This document shows positions 50,753-63,558 of a stretch of 64,000 nt of DNA, piece after piece. Both the position numbers and the translations under genes were made by a program. Position 1 is the first letter of the stretch. Every line of letters starts with the position of its first letter. The notes under the pieces are model-generated. The model had not been told where the DNA came from, ran no database searches, and saw only the letters and a list, made by a program, of their open reading frames with translations. Source of the stretch: Felis catus. Its lineage: Eukaryota. Location: contig NC_058382.1 in the NCBI RefSeq assembly GCF_018350175.1, forward strand, positions 48,982,001 through 49,046,000. The letters are read 5' to 3'.

Positions 50753-53700
50753 TATATATATATATATATTTGTCTATTTTTTTCCACCACTGGACGTATA
50801 ATTTACTTTCGACTCTGGGGGGTGAGTAAGAGAAGCAAAGATGAAATTTTACTCCACATCAAAATTCTATGGACATTTTGTGTTTCAGATTGTCAAATTC
50901 TGGTTTTCTAATACTCATTTTTTAATAAAAATGTCAACAACAAAAAAAAACAACTGAATTGTGGTTTTCTAAAGTTTCACTGAGAAACTCAACTCCCTAA
51001 TTTAGGATACAAAGCTAAATGGTATCTTTTGTGCGTCCTAAGGGATGTATGGGGTACACTGTACAGGGTACCACTGTTCCATCTGGTACCGAGAATGGTT
51101 CAAAGACTCTTATTCAGTAAAAAGTAATAAATGTGGACAATGGTAATGAAACAGATGCACTGCATCTATAGTATTTTGTTAACTTTATATTATGCCCCTC
51201 ACCTGTAGTTATTCAACTGTTCATGAACCCCAGATCAAAAGTAACTTTATCTTTAAAAAAAGGGAAAAAAAGGAATAACTTTATCTTCCCAAGAAGTACA
51301 CTCATCTTTTCCAAATATCTTTATAGAATTCACGTACAGTTTGGGGCCAGAGAAAGAAAGACCCTTCCATGCACAGTTGCCCCTGGTGTAACAAGAAAGA
51401 TGGTGTCATTTTGAAAATAACATGCTCTCTTGATCCTTGTGGCCAAGAATTCACAGTATGCTGCACATTAATAAAAACAAAAACAAAAACAAAAAACAAC
51501 AAACTCTTAGAAACTCTCAATTCCTTTCAGCTCTTTTTCAGCCTCAATCTAATCAAGCCTATAGAGAAAGGCAAATCGTCTTTTGGTGCAGGATATTTTC
51601 TAATTTACCAGAACCTGGTTTGCCTTGGTTTTGAGTTTAGAAATTTCATCTAGCAAGTTACTTTCCTTTAAAAACTCCAGCAAACAATGCATTTTACCTA
51701 TTTCTTTAAGTATATAGCTCCATTTATTGTTTATGAATTCAAACTTTTGCTCTGCAGCAAATTCCATGTTTTTATTAAGGTATGCCTGAACAATATTCTG
51801 TGTCTGGTTCCTAATGCCCAGTGTTAACTGTGATGCCACAAACGATCTAGATAAAGGAAGCTGAGACAGCATCAGGAGGAGACTCAGCCGATAAAACAGA
51901 ACATTCCAAATGGTAGTAGAAAATTTTTCCTTACCGCTTGCTGGCAGTTCATTCCAAGGTTCCCTTTTTCCCCACGAACTACTTTCATTAGACAATGCAG
52001 AGTTCGCCCTTTTCGATGTAATCCAGAACAGTGGTGTTCGATCTCGCCCCGACAGCTCAGGATGATCTCGGGGCTCAAAGAAAAGTCTTCCATCAACATG
52101 CGCCGGTAATCTAACATCTCCCCCTGGCACTCACTGCTCACTTGTCGTCCTAAGTTAGGATTTAAGTCACGACATTATGGATGGTGCGCATTACAATCAG
52201 ATATCACCACACATAAAAGTACATGTTTTCCTCCAGAATATAATACCAGTTATGCTATTAGCTAGACTGAAAAGCTTAGGATATAGCAAGCATCAGCATA
52301 AAATGAGTTTGAGACTTCAGAGACTAGGGTTTATCTTGACAGTATTCTGCATTATACAGATTTTATACTACTAAACTAATAATGCAAATGCTGTGCCGAT
52401 GGCAATCTTATTTTTTTTTTATTAAAAAAAATTTTTTAATACTTATTTTTGAAGGAGATAGAGACAGAGTGCAAGTGGGGGTGGGGCAGAGAGAGAAGGA
52501 GACACAGAATCCAAAGCAGACTCCGGGCTCTGAGCTGTCAGCACAGAACCTGACGTGGGGCTCGAACCCACAAACTGTGAGATCATGACCTGAGCCAAAG
52601 TTGGACACTTAACTGACTGAACCACCCAGGCTCTCCATCGAGGTCTTATTAATAAGGTAACTTTTAGAGTAACAATGAAGGCTAAGAACAACCCCTACTG
52701 GTATGCACAGTTAAAGCCTGTGGAAAAGACTACACTTCAAATATTCACTACAGCCTCTTCAGCCCCCTTCGTTGAGCTAAAAAATGCCAACTGGGAAATC
52801 TTAAGAAAGTTTCTTAAAAAACAGCTTTACTGAGGTGTAATTAAGATAAGATAAACTGTATTTTTAGAGCATACAATTGGAGAAGTTTGACATATGTATA
52901 CGTTGTTGAAGCCATCACCACAACGAAGATATTGAACATATCCACCAACTCCAAAAGCTTTTCTTATGGTCTTTGAGAATCTCTCCCTCCCTCTCCACCT
53001 AAGCCCCTCCCCTATCAACTACTGATCTGCTTTCTGTGACTACAGACTAGTTTACTAGTTTCTACTTTTTAGAAGATGATATAAACAGAGTCAGACAGTA
53101 CAGACTCTTTTTTTGTCTAACTTCTTTCACTCAGCAAAACTATTTTTAGATTCATCCATGTATCAACAGCACATTCCTTTTTATTTTTAAGTAATATTAT
53201 TTCATGACACGGACAGACTACAATTTCCTTATTCCTTCAAATGTTGTTGGACATTTGGGTCACTGCCAGTTTTGGGCTATTACAAATAAAGCTGTTATGA
53301 GCACTCAATTGTAAGAGTTTATATGGATATGCCTTCATATCTCTTGGGCACATGGCTGGGTCATATGGCAGATGTGTGCTTAACTTTTAAGAATTTGGCA
53401 AACTATTTTCCAAAACTGTTGTACTATGTTAAATTCCATCAGAAACATGAGATAGTCCAGTTCCTCCACATTCTCACTAACACGTAATATGGTCAGTCTT
53501 TTTAATATTATGCAATTGGTGTAATTTTTCTGAATTATTGCACATAGCCTTTGGCAGTGTATTTACTGAGTCTTCCTGTGTTTCTTATTAATCTGCAGTT
53601 TAAGAATATTAACTTTTATGAATACCAAAATTAGATTATATTATACATACTGTTTCACAATATTCTTATACTACTCAATAATCTCTACCTTTCCATTTTA

Positions 53701-56700
53701 GGACAATCTCATCTAATATCCACACCATAATCAACAATCTCCGTTTATCTCCAAAATGTCCTTTATTTGGTATTCAACCCAAGACCATGCATTGTCCCAG
53801 GTTGCTATTCCATGGCTTTGAAGCTTAGGAGTTTTTCACTATCGAGATATGGAAAAAAAAAAAAAAAAAAAATCACCAAAAAGTTCCGAGTTTTATTTAA
53901 TGATTGATTTTTCCCCTTATCTTTTCAATCACTAACCAACTGTCCCAGCATCATTTATTTAATAAGAGCTAGGAATTTAATTTTTACAGCTTACAGCCAA
54001 TATTCAGAAAGACAACCCTCATCTTCTATACGACCTTCTTGGTTCCTTTTCAGGGGTTGACTTTTGGACTCAACAGACCATGAGTGTGGTTCTAAGGGGT
54101 CAATCCCTTCTTCTTTTACTGCTTAGTTTCTTTATTATTATTATTTTATTTATTTATTTTTTTAGAGAGAGAGAGTGTGAGTGGGGGAGAGGGGCAGAGT
54201 GACAGAATCTTAAGCAGGCTCCATGCTCAGTGCAGAGCCTGATGTGGGGCTCAGTTCTATGACCTTAGGATCATGACCTGAGCTGAAGTCAAGAGTTGGA
54301 AGTTCAACTGATTGAGCCACCCAGGCACCCCTACTGTTCAGTTTCTTAGTATCATCGATGTTGTAACAATAACAGTACCTATCACTTATTGAATGTTAAG
54401 TGCTATTCCAAATAACCTCATTCAATCTTCATAAGAACCCACCATAAATATTATTTATGTTTTTTGGATAAGAAAAATGAGTTTGTGGGGAACCCAGGTG
54501 GCTCAGTCAGTTAAGCGTCTGACTTCGACTCAGGTCATGATCTTGCAGTGAGTTAGAGCCCCACATCGGGCTTGCTGCTGATCCTCTGTCCCTCTCGCTC
54601 TGCCCCTCCCCAACTTGCGCTCCCTCAAAAAAAAAAAAAAAGGGGCGCCTGGGTGGCGCAGTCGGTTAAGCGTCCGACTTCAGCTCAGGTCACGATCTCG
54701 CGGTCCGTGAGTTCGAGCCCCGCGTCGGGCTCTGGGCTGATGGCTCAGAGCCTGGAGCCTGCTTCAGATTCTGTGTCTCCCTCTCTCTCTGCCCCTCCCC
54801 CGTTCATGCTCTGTCTCTCTCTGTCTCAAAAATAAATAAATGTTAAAAAAAAAATTAAAAAAAAAAAAAAAAAATCTTAAAAGAGAAAAAGAAAAATGAG
54901 TTTGGGAGAGATTAAGAAATATTAACAGTGGTCACTTAGCTATTAATTTAAATTTGGTGATAGAGCCATTAATTTAAAGCCATGCCTCTCTGACCCAAAG
55001 CTCATACGCTAAATTACTATGCTATGACTCTCCTAAAAATGTTGAATATGCATTTTAAAAATTAAACTATTTGAGGGGCGCCTGGGTGGCTCAGTCGGTT
55101 AAGCGTCCGACTTCGGCTCAGGTCACGATCTCGCGGTCCGTGAGTTCGAGCCCCGCGTCGGGCTCTGTGCTGACAGCTCAGAGCCTGGAGCCTGTTTCAG
55201 ATTCTGTGTCTCCCTCTCTCTCTGACCCTCCCCCGTTCATGCTCTGTCTCTGTCTCAAAAATAAACATTAAAAAAAATAAAAAAATAAAAAAATTAAAAT
55301 TAAACCATTTGGATTTGAGACATATACCTTAAAAAAAAAAAAGCTGGCATGTAAAGAAAAACAAAATTGGCAATTATTGAGCTAAGAGAAAGAGGCCTTT
55401 AATAAGGCTTAGGGATACTAAGCCTTCAGCTCTAGGAGTTATGCTTGCAAACAAAGGCTCCTGAGTCACAAGGCACATGTAAACTCAGAAGGGCAAATAC
55501 AGGAGGAAATTAACATTTACGTGTACAAGAGACACTAGAATGTGAATCCAAAAGGAATGAAAAGGAGAAAAAGAAATTAATTCTTACCTCTGTGCACAGC
55601 TGACTCCAGACACATCAGAAGGTAGGAGAGCCTTGCTTCCCGAGACCGTGGAAGGTTCTCCACATTACACCGGTATTTCTTCAAGTCACTCTTACAGGAT
55701 TTGGCCAATGAATAACTGACTTTATAATCCTGGGCAATCAGCTTCTGGCGGGTTGTTAGTGCTTCTCGACACTGAATAAAGAGTGTAGCAAAGAGTAAGA
55801 CCACTCAGGTGGTTCGGCCGCTCACACATACAAGCAGAGGCTCGTGGTCAAGGGTATGTCAACAACTGCAGTTGTTACCAAAATGCCTACCTTTAAGTTT
55901 GGCTAAAAGTGAACACAAGTGTGCTGGGGTAAGAGGCAGAGATAAATGGATGGAGAAACCCTTGGAATTCTACAGTGAATTTCTGATTGTTGCTGCAACA
56001 GTACCTAAAAACACACTTGGTAGATTCTAATACATTAGCTTGACAAAGTATGCTTTTCCTCTTCAACAATATCCCTAAAGTAAATTTCTCAAGAATCAAA
56101 GTGGCAACTGACAGAGCACTCTGTAAGTTACATTCTATGCTTTTAAAATATAATTATTCAATAGTAAATTATATAAGCAACTGAAATGAAACATTTCTTC
56201 AGCTGCATACGACAGTAAATGGCAGGAGAGCAAAACCAAGAATAATTATTCTTTTAAAAGTCATAAAAGATTCTTGCATTTATCCAGGAACAGCAGACTA
56301 ATGGTAATGAGAATGCTTAATGAGACAGCTGCCGAAAAATTAAATAGCTAATTACCTGCAAAGCACATTGGTTTGGTTAGCCTAAACTTCCTGAGTATGT
56401 GAGGCTGGCTTCAATGTGACCGTGATACAAAATTCTCCAACTTTACTTCCAAAATTGATTCTCAACTGGCTTCCCGGTATCTAGATATCACAAGGCTTCA
56501 TTTTCTGGGCTTAAGCAAAATATGCTTTGGTTCTCTACTGAAAGCCAAGTGTCTCTCCTCTGAAAAGGGTAAGCTTTATCATTTATATCCTGGTAATGAG
56601 TTTATAAGAATATTATTTGAGAGGACTTGAGAAAACTTTTAAGAAATGAATAAAATACTGGTGTATTTCAAAATAATACTGACCTTCTCACTCATGGATT

Positions 56701-59700
56701 CTTCAAACTTATGGTTAAAGAGGCATTTATACACTCTGCCTTCACCAGCTTGCGTCTGTAAGATGGAACACACACATGATGATGAGGATGATAACAATCA
56801 GCTGAGTGGTTATGCTGGGCCCTATCCACAACCTTATACAGAACCTCCTGTTAAATTATTATAACGGTGAGCACTTCTGAACAAATGGCTCAGCCATTTA
56901 TAACATTTAGTGGCCTTTGGAAGAAAATGGTGATTGCAGGAAAGATGAAAAAAAATTTCCCATGATGCTTGGCTACTGTCCTTTGTTCCCAGATATAATG
57001 TTAATCAGGGAACCAAGAGAAGTGTGTTGTCAGTCTCTTCTTACATTATGTTGGAGCCAATAAAACTCATAATCAGTGGCTCTGATGGCTAAAACTGCTT
57101 ATTCAAAACAGCAGAGGGTGGAAATGTACACAAGTTACTCTCAGTTCTTTGTTTTAAGAATGGAGACTCTTCCATTTCATATGTTAGCAAGTTTTTCTAT
57201 AAGGTCTGCAGATAGCAATCAAGGATTTCATTTTAAAAGGTAGCCACCTGCTGTTTTGTTTATCTTAGCCCAAAACAAATAACATGTAATATGGTAGTTT
57301 TAGCCACGAAATAGGTATGAACAGGATTCCATCAGTCTCTGTTATCCTGGGACCAACTCCACCTTCCCTTTCAGTGCCTTGTGTGCACGGGAGAGTGTGT
57401 GGTTTATTTTGTTTTGGACTGAAGTATTAAAAAATATTTTAGAGAGAAGAACCGTTTCTGAGCTGACTCACATTTTCACAAAAACGCTCCCGATCATCTC
57501 GGCAAGCAAAATATAAATGCCGGTCTAGATGAAAGTCATCTGAGGACAGCTCAGCCACCCGCAGAATGGCTTTCTTGCAGAGTTCAGAGACTTGAATCTT
57601 GGGATCTCTCTCTTCGGCTTCCTTCACCAGGCCCTTTTCCAAGCATGATACCACCTCACCTTGTGAATGTGCATCCTAAAACAGCAAGGATACTAATATT
57701 GTAAAACTCTCACCACAATGAGTTTCAAATAAACATCATTTGCTTTAAAAAAAAAAATTCTCAATTCAATATATAGTTGGCTTATTCACATTCTGTTGAG
57801 AAATCAGGTGGGAACCAACCACCCTGGGAACCAACCACACTGTGGAAGTTACAGAAAACGTCCTCAACAGTCTTCTGTTACAATGGAATACTGGCATGCT
57901 ACAAATGGAAAGAGAGATCCTGGGAGATTTAAGTATAGTTAAGTTAGCACTAGAAATAGAAACCTGAGGGAGTGCCCGGGGGGCTCACTTGGTTAAGTGT
58001 CTGACTTCAGCCCAGGTCATGATCTCAGGGCTTGTGAGTGTTGACAGCTCAGAGCCTTGGAACCTGCTTCGGGTTCTGTGTCTTCCTCCTTCTTTTTCCC
58101 TCCCCAGCTCGCACATAAGCTCTGGCTCTCTCTCTCTCAAAAATAAACATTAAAAAAAAGAAAGAAACAGAAACCTGAATTCTTTAAGTTTAAAATGTCA
58201 GAAAAATTTTAAGAATTTACATTAGCTCCACGTTCTGATTGTGGTTCATGTCAATGTTGAAATGACACTGCAGAAATCTCTGTTCGTCTACCTCAAAGGT
58301 GAGGTATTTCCCCAGCAGTCAAGTTGGGGAAAAAAAAAAAAAAAAAAAAGCAAACCACAAAATCCACTGAGAAAAGATGTTACAGAGACCCTCCTTCTCA
58401 TTTTTCTACTCTATACTGTCCACAAAGACCCCAATATGTACAATTTATTGTGTAATACTCACTTTGATGTTTTGGATTTATCCTAATGAGATTTAATGAG
58501 ATTACCACCCTTTATACAAACTGCTTTTGAGAGCTCTCCTAAAGCCATCCAATTATCTTTAATTGTGCATTGCATCATCCCCATGGCAACCACAAGCATC
58601 CATTCACTAAAAATATGAGAAATTTCCCCTAAATATTTTTTATTCAGGAGTCCTAATCTGCTATACTCTGAAGATATGGCTCAAAAACGTGACAGGTATA
58701 ACCATAAATACAGCAAACCAAGCAGTAGGAAGTATATGCTATCTTTTATTTATACACACAATCTTGTTAAAGTAAAATACCATATCTATGAAATCATCTG
58801 TACATAATAAAACGATTCCTAAAACAAGCAGGGAAGCATCTACTTTAAGCGAAATTTCAATTCAACAAAAAAAATTGTGGTTTTTTTTTTCTACTTTGTT
58901 GTAATGCGATTTGTTCTATATAGGACATTAATTTCTAAATTATTTCCAGAAAAATGTCCAAGTTGTCTCCCATTATACCTGTGGAGAGGGGATAAGAGCT
59001 GTGGTACCTCTTGTGCAGAGGAGTAAATACAGGCCTAGAGTTTATCAACTTGACTTGAGTTGCAGAAGGGAAGGTGCCTAGCTAACAGTCCATCATTTAT
59101 TTTTCCAGACCTTGGGGTTCTAGGATATTCCTATAATCTGTATGTGGATGTTTTAGATTTTTCCTGAGGAGGGTTCACAGTTTTAATTAAATTTTCAAAA
59201 GGTGTACTGACCCAAAAAAGATTTGGAAGCACACTCTACTAGCAGATTTTCATGCCTCCTATTCTCTATCTGTACCTGAACCTTGCTCACTAGCTGTATG
59301 ATTCTATCCCATGCTTAAAAACCCAAGAGGACCAAGAAGGTTTTTTAAAGAGCACTTCTGAATAGGTAAACAAAACTCCAAGAGACAAGTGACAAAAAGA
59401 TAAGGACAGAGACAAAAGTTGACACAAACCCCAGAAATCTGGAATAAGGCTCATTTTTTCTTCCTAAATCATGAGTGATCTCAGGTTTGTCTGACTAGGG
59501 CCCATTTAAGCAAGGCCTACATGTTCCACTTTCCAAAGGAGAAACAAACCTATGATAACAAAGGCTTGGCCAGAAACCTCAGTCACTTACTATTCACAGT
59601 ATATAAAAGATTATTATAAACATGATTTTATTTTATAAAACAAAACAAGATCCTTTACCAAAGTTGAGTAGCCCATTAACTTAATTAGGTGGCTGCTAGC

Positions 59701-62700
59701 AACTAGGTCTTAATCATATAAACATGAAAATAATAATCTGATAGTCAACTTTTCTCTCTCTTTTTTTTTTTTTTTTGAGAGAGTGAGTGTGTGTGTGTGT
59801 GCGTGCGCGGGGAAGGGGCAGAGAGAGAGGGACACAAGAGAATCTCAAGCAGGCTCTGGATGGTCAGCACACAGAGCCCAACACGGGGCTTGAACTCATG
59901 AAACCGTGAGATCATGACCTGAGCTGAAATCAAGAGTTGGACGCTTAACCGACTCAGCCACCCAGGCGCCCCCTGAGAGTCAACTCTTGATTTATATTTA
60001 GTCTTTAATCTTGGGTCACAGGGTAAAGAAATGACTTCCGTGTAATGAGTCTTAAGTGTTTCCCTGTATACTCAGGGTTTGTAATGGTTTTAAATGTGCC
60101 ATCAGTAAGATTATCTATTTAGGGCTGTTATATTTCCTAATGGTTCCATTTGCTTCTTCTTGGATTTAAATAAAGGCAGCAGCATCAGGGTTTAAGACCC
60201 CCTAAGGAATCTAAGATTTAATTATAATTATAGCAATTGTAGCACCACATATTGGTACTGGGCTATAACATCATCTCCATTAGAGGTTTTCATTCATCTT
60301 AACTTTAGATAGACAATTTTTTCAAATAAAGATATTTCAAGTATTCTTATTGGTTCCCCCAGAGTCTCTGAGCTTTTCAGTCTAGCCCGTTTTACTTTTA
60401 TAACTGAAATGTATGTAAATATTTGAAAAGAAGACTGTATGGCTAATTCCAGAATAAGAATGAAAGCAAGGGAGGAAAACTGCACAGTGGCACACCATTG
60501 ACAGGAAAATAAAATTACTTAGGTTAAAAAAGGTTACGTTACTAATATATAGGCTTAACACTGAGTAACAAATGATCTTGCTAATGGACTTAAAATGAAA
60601 CTTTAAAAGTTCTGTGGTGAGACAAAGGTCTTAAAACTACTGCTAAGTGTCCTGATCAGTTTTTAGCAATTTGATAGGTAGTATCTTTTCTTCCCCATAA
60701 ACCTTGTCCTTTTTTTTTTTTTTTTAAAACAGAGAAAAATAACATTAATCTCAAAAAGGTAGGGAAGAACTCAGTTTTCATTTCTGCTATAAACCATTCT
60801 CTATTTCAATATTTTTGGTGTCTTCTTTGATCTTCCTTACTAGACAAAGAGAGAAAAAGACCGTCCAAACGTATTCAAAGTAGTTGGTTAAAAGCAGGGA
60901 ATGATAAAATTATTTAACCACTGAATGAAAAGTCTAAAAGTAGTAATAATGTGGCACATTTCCTTAATTAAGTTCCTATAATGGATGATACACCGTACTT
61001 TTTCTTCAGATGATCTGCCCTTTCATTTTAACTGTGTTTGTTCAGAAAAAAATGTTATTAATATATAGTCTTTGTTGGGGCATCTGGGTGACTCAGTCAG
61101 TTAGGCATCCGACTCTTGATTTCGGCTCGGGTCATGGTCTTTGTGGTTTGTGAGTTCAAGCCCCACATCGGGCTCTGTGCTGACAGCATGGAGCCTGCTT
61201 CAGACTCTGTCTCCCTCTCTCTCTTCTCCATCCCTGCTCATGCTCTCTCACTCTCAAAAAATAAACATTATAAAAAAATTCGTAATCTTTGTTCTCAAAT
61301 TTATATATACTAACATTTTGAAAAAAATAATAGTTTTAAAATCATGACTTTTCTATATTCATACAGAGGCAGGGTACAGATTAACCATGACCCCTTTCCT
61401 CTGACCATTGGAGGAAGTCAGTTCAAAGCCAGTCACAGAGGAATTTGCAAGCTTCATTGGCAAATATGAAACTGATGAGCCTATTTTCTTCTGTGGTCAG
61501 AAGCTGATTCATTAATCTTCAGGATAATCTGCATATCTAAATAACTGGCTTCAGAAAAGGAAACTACCATTTAGAAAAGCCAAGAAAGGCTAAAGACCTG
61601 CCTCCCTCCTTTTTAAACTTGGCTGCAGTACCAGAGTGGGTTATATAGGAGGGAGCATGCTTTTTCGAGTGCAGGTGTGAATCTATCTTCTTGTCCTCGA
61701 AATACAGAAGAAAGTCTTTGATGCTAGGATAGGGATCTGATATAAACAGAAATTCACCTAAGCAGTAGGTATGGCAAAAGATAACCATGACAAAAATGCG
61801 CAGCCTGATGATCCATAGAAGTGTTTCTGTTAACAAAGCTGGGCAAATAGTCCTCACTGTCCTGTCTTTGGGCTCTAGTACTACTGTGTTCTGCGATCGT
61901 TTCAGTCACTGTAACTTAATAACTCATATATGCAGTTGAAAGCAGGTTTTATTCTGACAATTCAGATTGCCAGGGGGAGGGAAGCTAAACAGCAACTACC
62001 TTGGTGTCAAAAGGAAAAACTACTACAAAGAGAGATGAATCGTAATGGTCTACTCTACGGTGTGGACCACTAATCACAAATATGGAAAAGTGTCATCACT
62101 GATTCCTAAAAAAATGTGTCTAGGACACTTATGTGAAGATTTTTAAAAGAGTGAGATATGGAAGTGGAAATAATCTCTCACACCCTAAATAAAGGCAGAG
62201 GCGCTTCCTGAATAATTAGGGTAGCTTAAGTGCTTTTGTGCCATTTGTAGAGTCTGCTGGGAAGGAAAAAAATCTGCCTTCTTGATTAAAACTGGCCTTT
62301 CTTTAGCTGCCAAAAGCTGTATGCCAAATTCACAGCACTTTCAAGACTGACTCAGAGGTGCCCTGTGAAAGGGCTAGAGCCCTGTGCTGGTGGGAAGGAA
62401 AAGGTATTTGGGGACAGCCAGGTAAGAACCAGCACTAAAAGCTTCCAATGAACTGGTGTGTGCAGCTCTGGCAATCTAACACCAGGCCCCCTTGGTCAGT
62501 GACAGAAGCCCGCAAACCACGGGACAATGAACAAATAGAGGGCAAAGCGACAAAGGGGTTTTATTTTCTATCATATTTCCGAAAGAGCAGATTAATGAGC
62601 AGTGGCAATTAATAGCTGATGCCAGACATATGCCTCAGACCACCTCTCCCTCGGCAGCTGTTACTTCTCAGGAGCTTCCTTCATTTTGCTGAGCCAACAA

Positions 62701-63558
62701 ATTCAGAATAAACCTGGCCAAACCTCCATTATGACCTCCTGGACAACAGATTCATAGGAACAAAAGGAAGACCAGATAGATATAATTAAGAAAGAAGAAA
62801 TTAGCTAGGTAGTTATTTTCTTTCCTATCTTTACTAAAACTAGTTCTTTTGAGAGAAAGATAACAACAGATCACATTTATAGAGTACCTTTCTTGTCAGA
62901 AGCCCAAAGTACCTTTATGTACCTTAAACTTTTCTAATATTTAAATATCTTCTTTTGTAGCAGTGTGCTTACTAATTTTTTTTTATAGCAGCAATAAGGT
63001 ATTTGCAGAGAAAGGTTAGAAAATTCAAGTCTCTTCTAATCCAACCACTTTGCCCACAGACGACAAAATGCTCTGGCAAGGAACAATACAGGCACCCGGC
63101 AAGTGGTTTAGTATTTTGAAGAGGACACTACTCTTGGCTGATATTAATTCCTCTGCTTCCCCATACAGTACTGAAACACAAACGAAATGCATTCACAGGT
63201 TAACGAGTCTTAGATCTGAGGGCTGTCTGGACCTCTACTTCAAGGCCACCTCCAGCCCTAAATTTTTCCCATGCCAGTTATACAACACTTTACATTCATC
63301 AAGTTTGCAGGACCCCTTTGGTGAAGCCAGTATAGTAGATACCTTTTCTCCAAGCCGAATACTGCCACATTTCAGAATGTTGATGTCATTTTTGCAGTCA
63401 TCCATGAAGCCACAGATTAGACGGTAATCACTGAAAATGATGGCCGTCATCTTGGTGATGTATTGGTGGCACTGGTATTCAGTGATATTGCCTCGGTGAT
63501 CCACCAAGCAGGAAACCAAGTAACCTTTTCCAACTGGTTCATCAGCACATTCTTTAAT
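21781..63558 (-). CDS. GLG1: Golgi glycoprotein 1 (ESL-1/MG-160/CFR), 5'-partial; 23 coding exons in window, 2982 nt = 993 aa + stop
   Basis: Translated exons match the recalled GLG1 cysteine-rich repeats, TM and C-terminus [13 protein letters not shown]. All junctions are GT-AG with compatible phases. The first exons lie beyond the window. Confidence 0.98.
23924..24030 (-). CDS. GLG1: GLG1 exon MSCLME...SYAAK
   Basis: 107 nt, AG/GT flanks. Confidence 0.95.
24649..24769 (-). CDS. GLG1: GLG1 exon EVLNML...PGRGR
   Basis: 121 nt, AG/GT flanks. Confidence 0.95.
25150..25383 (+). mobile_element. CAN-SINE (feline type)
   Basis: cagctcagagcctggagcctgc; TSD aaaccagagtttt. Confidence 0.9.
26349..26456 (-). 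CDS. GLG1: GLG1 exon ISNLCA...DACKK
   Basis: 108 nt, AG/GT flanks. Confidence 0.95.
26837..26881. repeat. (CA)n microsatellite
   Basis: Direct read, about 22 units. Confidence 0.97.
27103..27322 (-). mobile_element. CAN-SINE
   Basis: TSD-like aggagcactttct on both sides. Confidence 0.88.
27643..27744 (-). CDS. GLG1: GLG1 exon RLSSDC...HCSDE
   Basis: 102 nt, AG/GT flanks. Confidence 0.95.
27935..28077 (-). CDS. GLG1: GLG1 exon YRLNPV...RYADQ
   Basis: 143 nt, AG/GT flanks. Confidence 0.95.
28270..28445 (-). mobile_element. Older CAN-SINE
   Basis: gatcatgacctgagctgaaatcaagag. Confidence 0.75.
28993..29116 (-). CDS. GLG1: GLG1 exon RFCPEA...ITQNT
   Basis: 124 nt, AG/GT flanks. Confidence 0.95.
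29894..30514 (-). mobile_element. 5'-truncated carnivore L1 3' end in a GLG1 intron
   Basis: ORF2 tail [26 protein letters not shown] cagcgttttatttt (29880-29893) / cagcattttatttt (30515-30528). Confidence 0.92.
30830..31055 (+). mobile_element. Young feline CAN-SINE
   Basis: gggctgatggctcagagcctggagcctg; TSD aaaatcaatcatatatt. Confidence 0.92.
31128..31298. mobile_element. MER5A-like hAT-Charlie DNA transposon relic
   Basis: caaacttgagcgtgcatcagaatca...cccagagtttctgattcagtagg...gggaccacac..gagaaccactg. Confidence 0.8.
31418..31555 (-). CDS. GLG1: GLG1 exon IIECLK...KQMIK
   Basis: 138 nt, AG/GT flanks. Confidence 0.95.
32106..33080 (+). mobile_element. Four same-orientation CAN-SINEs
   Basis: Heads at about 32106, 32307, 32516 and 32867. 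Confidence 0.9.
33200..33800 (+). mobile_element. Old L1 ORF1-region fragment
   Basis: A-rich, with degenerate ORF1-like peptides (RMDTAEE..LGDRPEE; gagaatttccccaaattg). Confidence 0.55.
34322..35078. mobile_element. Cluster of nested, opposite-orientation CAN-SINEs with poly-G and (GGGA)n/(GA)n tracts
   Basis: Minus 34322-34560, plus 34597-34776, minus about 34780-35078. Confidence 0.85.
35131..35223 (-). CDS. GLG1: GLG1 exon TEDIRL...YGNAQ
   Basis: 93 nt, AG/GT flanks. Confidence 0.95.
36433..36550 (-). CDS. GLG1: GLG1 exon VDVVIC...EELEM
   Basis: 118 nt, AG/GT flanks. Confidence 0.95.
37056..37263 (-). mobile_element. CAN-SINE
   Basis: Poly-T to cacccaggcgccc. Confidence 0.88.
37681..37769 (-). 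CDS. GLG1: GLG1 exon VQMKDF...PNIKK
   Basis: 89 nt, AG/GT flanks. Confidence 0.95.
38794..38907 (-). CDS. GLG1: GLG1 exon DVADNQ...THFQL
   Basis: 114 nt, AG/GT flanks. Confidence 0.95.
39625..39687 (-). CDS. GLG1: GLG1 exon DIQIEA...QNFCH
   Basis: 63 nt, AG/GT flanks. Confidence 0.95.
40972..41058 (-). CDS. GLG1: GLG1 exon ELECLQ...ELESE
   Basis: 87 nt, AG/GT flanks. Confidence 0.95.
43284..43421 (-). CDS. GLG1: GLG1 exon LSRECR...TETGQ
   Basis: 138 nt, AG/GT flanks. Confidence 0.95.
43468..43672 (+). mobile_element. CAN-SINE
   Basis: Head, (CT)n, A tail; 47 bp from a GLG1 acceptor. Confidence 0.85.
44174..44400 (+). mobile_element. CAN-SINE
   Basis: TSD agattttggtaattta. Confidence 0.9.
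44663..44816 (-). CDS. GLG1: GLG1 exon LDPVLY...EQGRR
   Basis: 154 nt, AG/GT flanks. Confidence 0.95.
46394..46495 (-). CDS. GLG1: GLG1 exon ILSCLM...ISRDW
   Basis: 102 nt, AG/GT flanks. Confidence 0.95.
47941..48062 (-). CDS. GLG1: GLG1 exon LQTLIQ...RSGDP
   Basis: 122 nt, AG/GT flanks. Confidence 0.95.
48697..48905 (+). mobile_element. CAN-SINE
   Basis: TSD aaaaatacttgtc. Confidence 0.9.
49580..49770 (+). mobile_element. CAN-SINE
   Basis: Head, (CT)n, A tail. Confidence 0.85.
50674..50769. repeat. (TA)n microsatellite, interrupted
   Basis: Direct read. Confidence 0.97.
51935..52149 (-). CDS. GLG1: GLG1 exon RQVSSEC...NCQQA
   Basis: 215 nt, AG/GT flanks. Confidence 0.95.
52410..52633 (-). 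mobile_element. CAN-SINE
   Basis: Poly-T to aaccacccaggc. Confidence 0.88.
52820..53820 (-). mobile_element. Old L1M 3'-end fragment
   Basis: acagctttactgaggtgtaatt...ttctttcactcagca...ttttgggctattacaaataaagctg. Confidence 0.75.
54130..55295. mobile_element. Cluster of four CAN-SINEs
   Basis: Minus 54130-54330; plus 54487-54640, 54641-54875 (in the preceding A tail) and 55073-55290. Confidence 0.9.
55588..55771 (-). CDS. GLG1: GLG1 exon CREALT...SAVHR
   Basis: 184 nt, AG/GT flanks. Confidence 0.95.
56684..56755 (-). CDS. GLG1: GLG1 exon TQAGEG...SMSEK
   Basis: 72 nt, AG/GT flanks. Confidence 0.95.
57472..57675 (-). CDS. GLG1: GLG1 exon DAHSQG...RFCEN
   Basis: 204 nt, AG/GT flanks. Confidence 0.95.
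57967..58160 (+). mobile_element. CAN-SINE
   Basis: TSD-like agaaa(t/c)agaaacctga. Confidence 0.85.
59755..59973 (-). mobile_element. CAN-SINE
   Basis: Ends cagccacccaggcgcccc. Confidence 0.88.
61077..61278 (+). mobile_element. CAN-SINE
   Basis: Head, (CT)n, A tail. Confidence 0.88.
63343..63558 (-). CDS. GLG1: GLG1 exon IKECADEP...IRLGEK
   Basis: 216 nt, AG/GT flanks. Confidence 0.95.

Noticed and set aside
54572..55271. Recurrent '[13 protein letters not shown]...' ORFs here and across the window
   Set aside because: Translations of CAN-SINE copies.
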